Origin: Owenia fusiformis
Taxonomy: Eukaryota
Assembly (NCBI GenBank): GCA_903813345.2
Contig: CAIIXF020000001.1
Coordinates: forward strand, 17,422,001-17,486,000
Length of the DNA: 64,000 bases
Reading direction: 5' to 3'
Below the pieces are notes generated by a model, which searched no databases, was not told the DNA's origin, and saw only the letters and a list, made by a program, of their open reading frames with translations. Both the position numbers and the translations under genes were made by a program. This document shows, in pieces, positions 50,523 through 61,620 of this stretch (its first letter is position 1; each line of letters starts with the position of its first letter).

Positions 50523-51708
50523 TAAGGCTCCGATGTGAATATAGCAGCGTTTGGGTTGTACACCAGCAGGGATCAAGTACTGAGATATTATGATTTAAGC
50601 GTACGCAATGCATTGTGGGTGATGTAATGTAATCCCCTATGTGTTGTTTCCAGGCCATTGGATGAATGTGCAACATGAATCCATAACATAAATAAAGTTT
50701 GCAGAATTAAACTGACTTTTAATAACATTCTGATTCTCATCTCATATTCATGTTTTTCAGCAAGCAATATGCACCGATTTACAATTGAAATATGAACGAT
50801 TAGAACCCCTTTTATACCAATTAAAAAAATATATACCACGGGATGTCATCGCCTAATTTGATCAACAGTTTTCTGTTTCTGGAAAGTCAAAATTCACAAA
50901 CTACATTAGAAAACGGGAACTTCATGGTGTAGCAAATCACAACGAACACTATATTCAACAATCGGTATGTCACAATGTAACATTTACCATCTACTCTTCC
51001 CTTGATTACATAAATTGGCAGATATTATTAAACGTAAAGGCTGAGTACCGACAATTGTCGTTACAAGAGCCGGGGACGCTAACCACTGCACTATCAGTGA
51101 AAGATACAAACAAGAGTGAAACAAGTGTATTTATTTTTGAAAATGTCAGTCCTCTATCTTGCCCTTCTAGGAGACGATAGAGTGACGACAATTGTCGGTA
51201 CCCAAGCAAATCCTCACTGGGCAGTCTCCAGTAACGACAATTGTCGGTACAGGAGCAAATCCTCACTTGGCAGTCTCCTGTACCGACAATTGTCCATTGT
51301 ATATATTAGAATTCAAGACAATGTTCCTGCACATTTTGAGCTTTATTAATTATCATAGTATAAAATCTCTTTGCTGATTCTTTATATTAGCCTCTTGTAA
51401 TATCACAATTTATTTAATTTAATTACATCTGGTTCTTTTCAGGGGCACATCATTTCATTAAATACTGTTAATTGGGTTAATGGCATCTGTTCTATTTTGA
51501 CGATTTTAAAAATTATCCAATTAACACATTCTCCAAAATGAGAATTCGATTCTAGATAAGCTGTGGAATGAGACATAAGCAGGTCAACTGGGACTAACCA
51601 TTACTAACTGAGATGCAATAAAATACAATTAAAATATAGAGAGAATTCATTCACCACCATTTTACATTTTATTTAGCCTATTTACTATCAGTTTACATTG
51701 TATGTCAA

Positions 51709-52508
51709 TTAGACACAAAACTCATTAGCGGGTGGTCTAATTGGTATATTTCCCAGTGAGAACTTTTGCGATTCAAACTGCTCTTTTTCTGCACTAGTCA
51801 ACTGATCCATAGGAGTGTATATTTTACTTGCATTTACTGCTGTTGTGGCTTGAGCAGCAGGAGTAACTGAAGATGTGGATGTAATGGGCAGAGCACTTTG
51901 TGAACTGGCAACACTTGCTGTGGTTTGTCCACCACCAAACACTCCGCTTGCACTTGGGTTAGGGGTACCAAATGCACCCGGCTTACCAAATAATTGAGTA
52001 CTTGAACCAGTGGCAGGTTTCCCAAATAATCCAGCTCCAGCATTAGTAGTGTCTGAGCTAGGTTTTCCAAATAAGCCAGTGCTTGTAGACGTTGTGGTTG
52101 GTTTTCCAAATAAACCAGTGCTTGTAGAACCGGTGCTGGGCTTTCCAAAGAGTCCTGTGTTACCAGATGCCTGCTGCGCTGTCGTTGCAGCGGGTGAACC
52201 AAATAAACCTCCCCCTGTTGAACTAGAGGCCCCAAATGTACCAGGCTGGACAGCATTGGCTGCAAATCCAGTCTGTCCAAATGTGTTTGAATTTTGAGTA
52301 GAGGGCTGTCCAAACAACCCCCCTGATGTGGCTGATGTACCAAACAAACCACCAGAAGTGCCTGTTGTAGCAGTACTAGACTGTCCAAATAATTCACTGG
52401 ATGGCTGTCCAAATGAGGCTTTGTTTGTAGTGGTTTGGGTACCTCCAAATAAAGGTGAAGATGCTGCTCCAAATGTGTTGTTTGATTGGGCTTGACCAAA
52501 TAGACCTC
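51709..52508 (-). CDS. NUP42: NUP42 last exon (FG/GLFG repeats and C-terminal motif)
   Basis: ttacag| acceptor in phase 1; GGLFGQAQSNNTFG...NIPIRPPANEFCV*. Confidence 0.92.
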
Positions 52509-55385
52509 CTGTAATAATAAATCAACAGCATGGTTGAAAATATAATACATGTACATAAGGATTCTAAACAGAACATGGGGATCAAGGACTTAGTTCAATA
52601 ATCTTCTCTTGGGGGATGGATAGATGAATAAATAACTATTATACATGTTATACACAGTCAAAACAATTGAAGAAAGTCAGAATATGGGAATATATATCTA
52701 CGTGTTGGTATTGTTTAGAACTAAAAATCCTACCAGTAGATACATTCTGCTCGGACCTCTTGATATCCTCAATTACAGCAATCTACAATAGAAAAAGAAA
52801 ATAACATGACAACTAGACTGTAATTCAACTTTGATCATGCAGGCAGAAGGTTTGAAGATGTAAGACAGACCCTGATGTTCTAACATAGTTCAATTTGATG
52901 GTAACCAAATATCAAAACCCCAAAACAAATAATTCTTAAACATGCTATATATTTCCCAAGATAGATATTAACCTTGATATTTGTACTTCAATAATCCAAC
53001 TTTGAGTTTATCATGATGGACATTGCACATTAATGTTTGCAGTTACCTATAAAATTAACATCCTGATAACTTTTGTATCTTGGACCAAGAGTAGGACTTT
53101 TACAGAACATTTTGCTGAATAACTTACCAGCTTTTGTTTCACCTGTAATGAGGGTCTCTGTAGCTCTTCTCTCTTGGCTTTATATTCAGCAGTCAACTGG
53201 GCTACTTTCTGTTGCTAAAAGAAGCAAAAGTATTGGATACAATATAAACAATGTTAGACTGAGGCTAACAATGAAAGTTTATGAACAGATGAATGAAGTA
53301 AACATTTTAATTTCAGATATCAGACTACTGTTCATGTCTCAATAGCATACCAAGCAATTTACTTTATAATAATGTGTACAGTGCACTTTAATTTCTAATT
53401 GGACAAATATTATATAGCCAGGAATAGATGTCGCTTTATTGTTTAATACATACATAAGCTGGAAGAGTGTTGTTAGCCTTGGCTGTGTATGCCTCGAGTC
53501 TCAGCTCCTCTGTTGAAATATCTTCAAAACCTTTAAAGGAAAAAATGTATGATATGTTGACATATAATAAAAATTATGATTCAAACTCTAGTCTTAATGT
53601 TCCAAAAGAAAGAAAATTGAAGAAAGTCCTAGGATATGGAAGAATCAAATTTGATTAAGTTTACAAAGTTTGTCTCAAGTATTTTCAAAGAGTAGTATTA
53701 CTTAATAAATTCATTAACTGTACTTAGCTGGCTGAGTATTTTTTAATTTACTTTTGTGTTTACATAAAAGAAGGGTGGTGGTGCAAGTCATACATTGTTA
53801 ATTACATTTTAAAATCTTGGACTATTTTACAATCAGACTCAGGGAGTGTTCCTTTAATAAACTCTTAAGATGTCCAAATATTACAACAAATACAATTCAG
53901 TCCTGTAAATTGCTTTCATTTGGCAGATAGGACAAATTTTGAAATTTTGGCTGCTATTTAATTCGGTGGATTGACCATCATCAATCGTATAACTCACCTC
54001 ACAGCTCGCCATAAATAACGTAATTTTATCTCTCGTTGTATCAGATTGTTTTGTCTGAACCAGCAGGGATTATGGAGATCTTTGGAAAAAGTTTCAAACA
54101 GAGATTTTATCCATGTTTTTTCCAGATTTTCACCAAAGTTTCATTGTGCAAGGTGACACATGGAAAAGCCACTGGACAAAAATCTTAGGGAATCTTTTTT
54201 GAAAAAATTGGCAGAGACTTAATTTGGGAGTTTTTATCAATCCACTAAAGCTGCCAGATTAAAATGGGCCATGAAATTAAAGCAATCTACGGTACATTTA
54301 CAGCTAGTATTAAACATCCAACAGAAACCAACAGAAACAGTCCAACATGATTGAAGTTTTTCAAGTTGCTAAATCAATAAACATTCAGCTTTGATTTCAA
54401 TATAATGAATCAATATCAATTTTATTGTTAATCATTCCCCAGGTAATTCCCATTTACTAGCAAAAAATAATTTACCTGGAAGATTTTGAGCTTCTTTAGA
54501 AACAGCCACACATGAGAATGGCCAAAGTTTACTCTTTTCCCACAGCTGAATCTCTTTACACAGCACTTCACTAAAGAATACAAATGCATGTACAGTAATA
54601 CCTTACTTACTTGTAAAGTGGAGCACCTCTATAAATGGAACACCTCCTTAGTGGCGTCCCACTTATACAGGTTTTAGTGTAGTATAAATGTTTAATTTGT
54701 TTGAATCACTTCACATGCATGATAAATTTCAATACTGTACACTTAATTTGACACTACTTAATTTGGCGGATTTGCTCAATTTCAAATATTGGCTGGTATT
54801 TAATTTGGCGGAGTCAGGACTCAGCTCAGGATTTATAATAGATCTGGAAATAAACATTTCAGATGTATGTGTTCTGCTTTCAGTAAGCCTTGGTATAGCA
54901 CTGACATCCAAACAGAAATACTTACACAAGTGAAATAATTGCAAATTACGAATTCTCTAGGGATTTTTCTAAATAGATCTGAAAATTGGCGGATTTTCAA
55001 TCCGCCAATCCGTCAAATTAAAACAGAAGCCAAATTAAATGTATTTACAGTATACTGAGCATACAGCATAAGAAGTAATTTAAATATAATTTATGAAGCC
55101 AATTGAGTGAAAGTAATGTATCCCCTATAATGCCCCCTATCCCAAGCTGATATAGAATACAATCTAAAAAGACTCTAAAAGTGTAGCCTTGATTTCAATA
55201 TATTTCAAGTTATTCACAATCTATTATTATTAGAAAAAGCCCAATAAAAACTTACACGGTTTCTTGTGGGTTCAGATCCTTGAGCTTGACATTTGTCCCA
55301 CCAGAGCTTCCTGTTGAGGCACTAGCGAGTGCTTCAAATTTATTTTGTTGGCTGAATGAAATATGCTTTTGTTGACCCCCAAATG
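51709..55385 (-). CDS. NUP42: Nucleoporin NUP42 (NUPL2/hCG1), 5'-partial; complement(join(51709..52508,52734..52782,53128..53214,53454..53530,54476..54570,55256..55385))
   Basis: Six GT-AG exons with compatible phases. Conserved KEIQLWEKSKLWPFSC and GFEDISTEELRLEAY segments, FG-repeat region, and C-terminal Gle1-binding-type motif IYTPMDQLTSAEKEQFESQKFSLGNIPIRPP. The expected N-terminal CCCH zinc-finger exon was not found. Confidence 0.9.
52734..52782 (-). CDS. NUP42: NUP42 internal exon (IAVIEDIKRSEQNVST)
   Basis: 49 nt, AG/GT bounded, phases 0/1 fit the neighbouring exons. Confidence 0.85.
53128..53214 (-). CDS. NUP42: NUP42 internal exon (QQKVAQLTAEYKAKREELQRPSLQVKQKL)
   Basis: 87 nt, ttttag| acceptor and |gtaagt donor. 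Confidence 0.87.
53454..53530 (-). CDS. NUP42: NUP42 internal exon (GFEDISTEELRLEAYTAKANNTLPAY)
   Basis: 77 nt; conserved D-x-S-x-EELR motif. Confidence 0.9.
54476..54570 (-). CDS. NUP42: NUP42 internal exon (EVLCKEIQLWEKSKLWPFSCVAVSKEAQNLP)
   Basis: 95 nt; W-x-FS motif; donor CAG|gtaaat. Confidence 0.9.
54733..55052. mobile_element. TACTGT...ACAGTA MITE in a NUP42 intron
   Basis: tactgtacacttaatttg ... caaattaaatgtatttacagta, with aatttggcg subrepeats. Confidence 0.7.
55256..55385 (-). CDS. NUP42: NUP42 internal exon (FGGQQKHISFSQQNKFEALAS...LNPQETV)
   Basis: 130 nt; ttatag| acceptor, |gtaagt donor; phase 2 joins the next exon. Confidence 0.82.
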
Positions 55386-57489
55386 CTATAATAAATAATG
55401 ATCCGTTTTTAAATATGTTGGCCAATTTACTAGATACCAATGTGACAGAAGCCAGTTGAGTAAAGGCCAATAGTTTGGACCATAAATAAATGAGTAGTCC
55501 ATTTCTTTCACCATTTCCAGACTATGGTGGTTTGAAATTTTTCTACAGAAATATTTTTGCTTGACAATTACAGTTGACAGGCCTGGGTCTGACCATCCTC
55601 CTAAGCAGGTATCCAGAATCCGTACCTCCTTCTTCCCCCTGCTATAACCAATTTGGAAGCGCCCGATTAAACTGAATCACGTGATCTAATTATGCGCAAT
55701 GACTTATACATGATATCTGTCGCAGTGTTGCGACAGCCAATCAGATTGCGAGTTCTTAATCGGGGATATGCTAACTGTTTATAGCAGGGTGTAAAAAGAA
55801 AGAAGATATTATGGATTTTGAAGCCCTGTGATTGGAGGATGGGGTCTGACATATCCCTAAAATTTGTTTATTTTACATTTTGAATACTCACATCCACTGA
55901 TCACGCCTAACCATCGACAATGTACAGTGACAAAATATATGGGTGTACACTATAGCTGTATGTTGTCGTGTTTGAAGCAAAAATTGTGATGTAGTTTTTA
56001 AAAGATTTATCTAAGGAATATGATGAAGTATTTTATATTTAATATCATGTGCATGCTTTTAAATTGGCAAGACTTTTAACTTTAACAGATTCTCAAGCAG
56101 AGCACAAGTTTTTTCTAGGTATTTCCAACAATGTCCATGTGAACATTTTCCAACAGGTCAATCATGTGGATGGAATTACCTTTAAAAGATTTGAGCACTG
56201 CTCAAGAATCTATTAACATAAATAGGTAATTAAAAGGGAAAAATTTGAGTTGTCCAATATTTTTACGAAGGTGTTCAGTTTTGAACCAAGGTGTCCACAA
56301 TTTGAAGGAAGGACATTTGTAAGTCCACATTTGTAAGTCACTCATGTTAGGTGTTCCCAAGTTGACAGGCCTGTATGTGGAACTAGTTAAACTGACTAGA
56401 GGTCAAAACAGAACTCTGATATCTTTGTTCAAAAAATGTTTGAAATCAAACATGGTTTTCACTTCCTGTTTTGTCATTTCCTGTTACAAGAGGGGGATTA
56501 ACCCTAGAATTCGGTAGTTTAGAAAATACAACACCAAGAAAATGCATTTTCTTGATTTTGGGGCTCCCAGAGGGTATACACATTTTTCACTGAGTGCTTT
56601 TTTTGTAGTTTATGCATGTAGACACATATACCCTACAGATGGGAGTAGAAGTTCTGCTCGATAGCCGATTTTCAAAATGGCCAAAATGTCATTTAACAGT
56701 GTGCCATGCCAATAATTAGTCTCATATCAAATATGAACAAATTCGCTCCACTACTTTTCAAGTTATAGCAAAAATTGTAAAATTGTGTGTAAAAGCCGCC
56801 ATTTTTCAAGATGGCTGCCATGTGTTTCTTAAATATGGTAATATATATTTTGCAAGTGGAGCCAAGAGACCAAGTGGGCGAGTCAATTATTTTGCAGGGA
56901 TGGCATGATACACACATTTCAATTTTGTATATAGTAAATTCCCAGGATTGATTCCAGTACAGTAAAACTGTCATAATGAACACCTCTTTAGTGAAGATCT
57001 GTGCCCAATGAACACACAAGTCTACTCTATTGAACACCTGTCTGTAAGCAAACACCAATTCCCAGCCAGTGGTCTCAGTAACTTTTAGAGGGGATTGTAC
57101 CTACAGTAAAACCTATCTAATCCGAGGGACAAGCTAAAAGCGTTCGGATTAGGAGGTATTCACATTTTGAGGTTTTGCATTTGCAAGATTTCGGATTTTT
57201 GAAGAAATAGGAACAAATTCAATAAATATTTATAGTTCTGTTGACTACATAGCTTTTTGGCATTAGAGTGACATGAAAATCTGATTCAAATGAATTAATT
57301 CATCCTAGAAAGCATCACCATGAGTGAGATCATTCACGTTTTTTCAAATATTTGATCAATTTTGTATGTAACATGTGATATTATATGAAAAATGTTCAGA
57401 TTAGATAGGTTAACTTTTCAAACATGACTGTTCACTGTTCAAATTGGGAGGTGTTCATATTTCAAGGTTTTTTAACATTTGAGTCAATG

Positions 57490-57980
57490 CAGGCCTGTCA
57501 ACTTGGGAACACCTAACATGAGTGACTTGGAAATGTTGAACACCTCCCCTCAAAATGTGGACACCTTGGTCCAAATCTGAACACCTTGATCCAAATTTTG
57601 AACACCTTGGTTTAAATTTTATTACATCTTGCCAAATTTTGAACACCTCAAATTTTTCGCGCTCGGTACACTCGCGTTTCAAACATCCCTCAACGGGGGG
57701 GGGGTAGGTACGAAAAATTTCGAACGGAATGCGTGACATATACGTAATTCGCGTGAAAAGTCCTAACAAAATGCGTACATTTTTTGCCCGCGTTCGTATT
57801 TTTGCTGTGCAGACAATCTTTTTTAGAAATTTTTCTACAGAAATATTTTTGCTTGACAATTACCAGGTGAAATGCGTATTTGCGTGACATTTTCTGTCAC
57901 GCAAAAATAACTGGCGTGACTTCAAATTCTTCAGCAAATGCGTGACAAATACGCAAATTGCGGGACAGTTGACAGGCCTG
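57490..57980. mobile_element. Non-autonomous TIR element with 6-bp TSD TCAATG
   Basis: tcaatg|caggcctgtcaact ... agttgacaggcctg|tcaatg. Confidence 0.9.
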
Positions 57981-57998
57981 TCAATGGGAGGAAAAACG

Positions 57999-59171
57999 CA
58001 GAGCTGTCAAGTGTCCCGCGAATGGCGGGATTATCCCGCGAATTTGACCAAAATTTGGCTTATTCGCGTGTCTCGCAATGTCCCGCGAATTCCCGCAAAT
58101 GACGGCTTTGACCTCCGCGAATTTTCAAAATTGTAACAATCCCCGAGGCTAAATAATTGTGATTATATTGTGATATAAGAAGCTAAGCTTTTTGCACTTT
58201 TGAGGAGTCAAGTTTACCTAATTTGAAAAGTGCTGCCGAACTCCCAGTGCATCAGATCATCGAAGACTGCTTTTAAAGGAGCATATAGTACACTTATAAA
58301 ACTATGATTTTGATCCAAATAACACCATAGTTGGCTTCTAGCATGCCGATTGGTATCAAAATAAAGAGGAAGAGTGCAAATTTCATTTTAATTACGGAAA
58401 AAGGGATGTATGTCACGATTAGTTCCAACGTTGGCCTTTTTACTACGCGTGTCATGGCCTTCATCTCAGAACTGAACAAATGTTAGCAAACGCGAGTTCC
58501 AATAAATGGACACTGATATCTCGAAAAGAAACCTGACTCCCCATAATTTGGTGTAGAATAATCGAACCCCTATACGAATAGGTACATTTTGATATATAAC
58601 ACTATGGGGGTAAATGTTTCATAGTTGGTCACGAACGCCATAAGTGCAAAGTATTCACAAGAATTTTTGAATTTCGTGTCGGATTACGGTACTCACACCT
58701 AAAGCGTGGTTTTTGATAGTTTATAATAGTTCTATGCGTATTGTGTGGAATTGTGTTGACGTTTACTAAGTTAAGTGCATTATATTTGATAAATCAGTAT
58801 CTGAAAGTTTGATTCAAGAGTACTTTTACATTAAAAATCCCTTGAATGTCCTGCGACATCCCGCAAAAGGTGGATGTCCCGCAAAATCCCGCGAATTTAG
58901 GCCCTTTGTCTAGAAAAATTATCCCCCTCTGAAGTCTTTGGTGGTTACCCTGTTAATTGTCCCGCAAGTAGCGTGTTTGTCCCTCGAATGGTCCCGCGAA
59001 ATCCCGCGAATTTGATCAAAATTTGACCTTTTAGCGCAATCACACAAATCCCTTAAATGTCCCGCGAAATCCCGCGAATTTAGGTGGATGTCCCGCAAAA
59101 TCCCGCGAATTTTTGGAACTGGGTCTAAAAAATCTGTCCCGCGAGAAAATCTTCGGGGGTTGACAGTACTG
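57999..59171. mobile_element. Non-autonomous TIR element with 6-bp TSD AAAACG
   Basis: aaaacg|cagagctgtcaa ... ttgacagtactg|aaaacg; many TCCCGC subterminal repeats. Confidence 0.85.
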
Positions 59172-61620
59172 AAAACGGGACCAAAAAATGTTCAAATTGG
59201 GAGGTGTTTGGATTAGCCAAGTGTTCAGATATACAGGTTTTACTGTACTACAATTGTTTCCAATCTTTTGGAGGAAAGTGTACATAATTCCAGAGAAATG
59301 ACAGGCGACACACTGGGAACTGGTCAAATCAGATGTTCCAACGCTTTACGTCCAGAAGAGGTCATTTCCCAGGATTATAGATGAACCCTTGGCCAATCAA
59401 AGATATAGTTTACATAAGAGAAGTATGACTGTATGAATTCTGGGATATTCCTGTTTTGTTGAGACAGGCAGAATAAAATTAACCCTTTTCAAAAGTCAAC
59501 TGAATAACCATCCTCTTATTTCTATTCTGTAGACTCAAATATATGGTTAAGTAGGAGCAAAGCTAGCAAATGACAAGGCGGTGCAGCCAATAGCGTAGCA
59601 TCATATACGCAAAAACGCCATTGCAAACTCTCAAAATTAAGAGAAAATTTGATTTTTTTTATATTGAAAACAACATGCAATTTTTTAAAAACAACTTGTA
59701 AAAATTGCCTGTTGCTGATGAAACCCCTGAATCATTGGCCAATAATTTATCTGTGCATTCTTATCTATATTATTCAATTCGCTTCTGATTTTGGAATTAA
59801 CAGATCTGATATTTATTGACCACTAAACTTTTAGTAGGTTTTCTTTAATAAGGCAATTTGAGTATGTGGAAATTGATAGGGTATGTGTATATCCTGCCAC
59901 TTGGTGAAAAATGTGTATACCCTCTGGGAGGGAATGTACTAAAAACCCTTCGACCTACGACCCTTCGACCCTACGACTTACTTGGTGTCAAGAATTTTTG
60001 GAATATATTTTATTGAAAAACCCTCTGACCTCTGATTTCCCAGTCCAGTTTACTAAATGATTACGTATAGTTCCAACTTGAGCTCCCTGTAGGATTTAAT
60101 CTACCTAATTGGAAAATGTTTTGTACGTACTCTTGCAATGGAAACATAGTTGGTACCCAGTCCTCTTGTTACCATTTTTTACACCAACCCCACACACATT
60201 ACAAATATGATGGTTATTAGACTTAGCAGAAATCTTGAGAACTCTAGAATCTCTGGTCATAAAAGGAAATGTAACTATGACGATTTGAATATTTATGAAT
60301 TAGGAAGGTTTGTACATGTCAAAACATTGTCACTTCAAAGAATTCATAATCTACTGCTTGCCTATCAATCAAAGGTATGAATAGTGCAGCTGAATTGCGG
60401 AAGGAATATAAGAATCGCGCTGAAAAACACTCTTTTCAAATTAGGATATCTCTAGAAATATAAGACCAATCACTAAGTTTTATACACCATTAAAAAGCTT
60501 AATTCACCGATAATTTAAGAAATAATTTTCATGATTAATGGAGAAATACTTTTCTCTATATTTGACCAGAAAGAACATGAATAACTGAAAATGAATGATT
60601 ATCTTCTATGCCCGACAGGCGGGAAATGAACAAACACACTAATTTAGACTAGGCAATGAGAATTAGCTTATTTGTTTTGCATCCCTTTGCTTGCAAGATT
60701 TTAAGCAAATCAGAAAACACAATCACTTCCAAATGGCAACCCAAGAGTCTGAAGGTACCATCGCATTTCGTTCAATCAGAATTGGAAATAGCGGACAATT
60801 TGATGTGTGTCAAAATTCTAAGTTGCTGTAACTGGGAAGAGTAATAGGCTATGGAGCGATTTTTGCATATATAATTTGTGAAAAGACACTATCTTATGAC
60901 ACTTTGGCAAGTAGGCAGCCATTTTGAAAAATGGCTTCTAACTTAGTGTGTGTTATTTTGCATATTAACTCGAAAAGTAGTGGACCTATTTTTTCACATT
61001 TGATATGTTGATACTCATAAGCATCCCAAGTAAAAAGAAATGGCAACTCTCATGTAATAATTGGTTAACTTTGGTCTAATAATTATGCATTTTGATAAAA
61101 GTTAACCTATTTGTTAAATGAGCATTAAATCAATGAAAGTTGAATGTCAATAAATAGCTATTTATTACACCTATTTATTATTCTAACAACTATGTTATAA
61201 TGCTCTTTGAATAATTAGGTAACTTTTTGCCATCCTTGCTACCCTAGGTGATAAAAATTAGCTAATTGTTAAGATTGGACTTTATAAGAAATGTGGCAAT
61301 GAGTATTAGCAAAATATTAACTTTCCCGCTCTTTTTAAACCAAAAGAAAAATGGCTGACAAAGAATGTTCAACTGTAAGAGATTTGGGTAATTTTATAAT
61401 TTTATAACAATTGAATGAAAATGACCAATCAAATATAGATTCAGAAGTTACTGACATACTTGAACATTCTGCATGTCTACTTTGTGAGAGGTAAAATGTA
61501 AGTATTGCTGTGTTATTGAAGTTTAGATGGGCAAATCTTCTTTTCTTTGTGAATTTATCAAGGCCAAATTTTAATTATATTCATACAGTCAAAGTGGCCA
61601 AGCATAAATGTGTTGTGTTA

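Larger units (their letters stand above)
57102..59247. mobile_element. TACAGTAAAACC...GGTTTTACTGTA pogo/Tigger-like MITE hosting two insertions
   Basis: Terminal inverted repeats flanked by TA; subterminal 'aaattgggaggtgtt' repeats on both sides of the inserts. Confidence 0.75.

Noticed and set aside
51180..51300. Regularly spaced palindromic repeats resembling a CRISPR array
   Set aside because: The spacers are near-identical rather than unique, there are only three units, no cas genes are present, and the context is eukaryotic.
51709..52508. NUP98 as the identity of the GLFG-rich protein
   Set aside because: No GLEBS or autoproteolytic domain is seen; the C-terminal YTP...F.LG.IP..PP motif and upstream EELR exon fit NUP42.
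51834..52556. 240-aa alternative-frame ORF overlapping the NUP42 last exon, plus antisense ORF 52010-52297
   Set aside because: Shadow frames of a low-complexity repeat exon; the LxYLE/LD periodicity mirrors the GLFG codons and the ORF starts in intron sequence.
55885..55960. Minus-strand donor-like GAT|gtgagt as a further NUP42 exon
   Set aside because: No convincing acceptor or NUP42-like peptide upstream.
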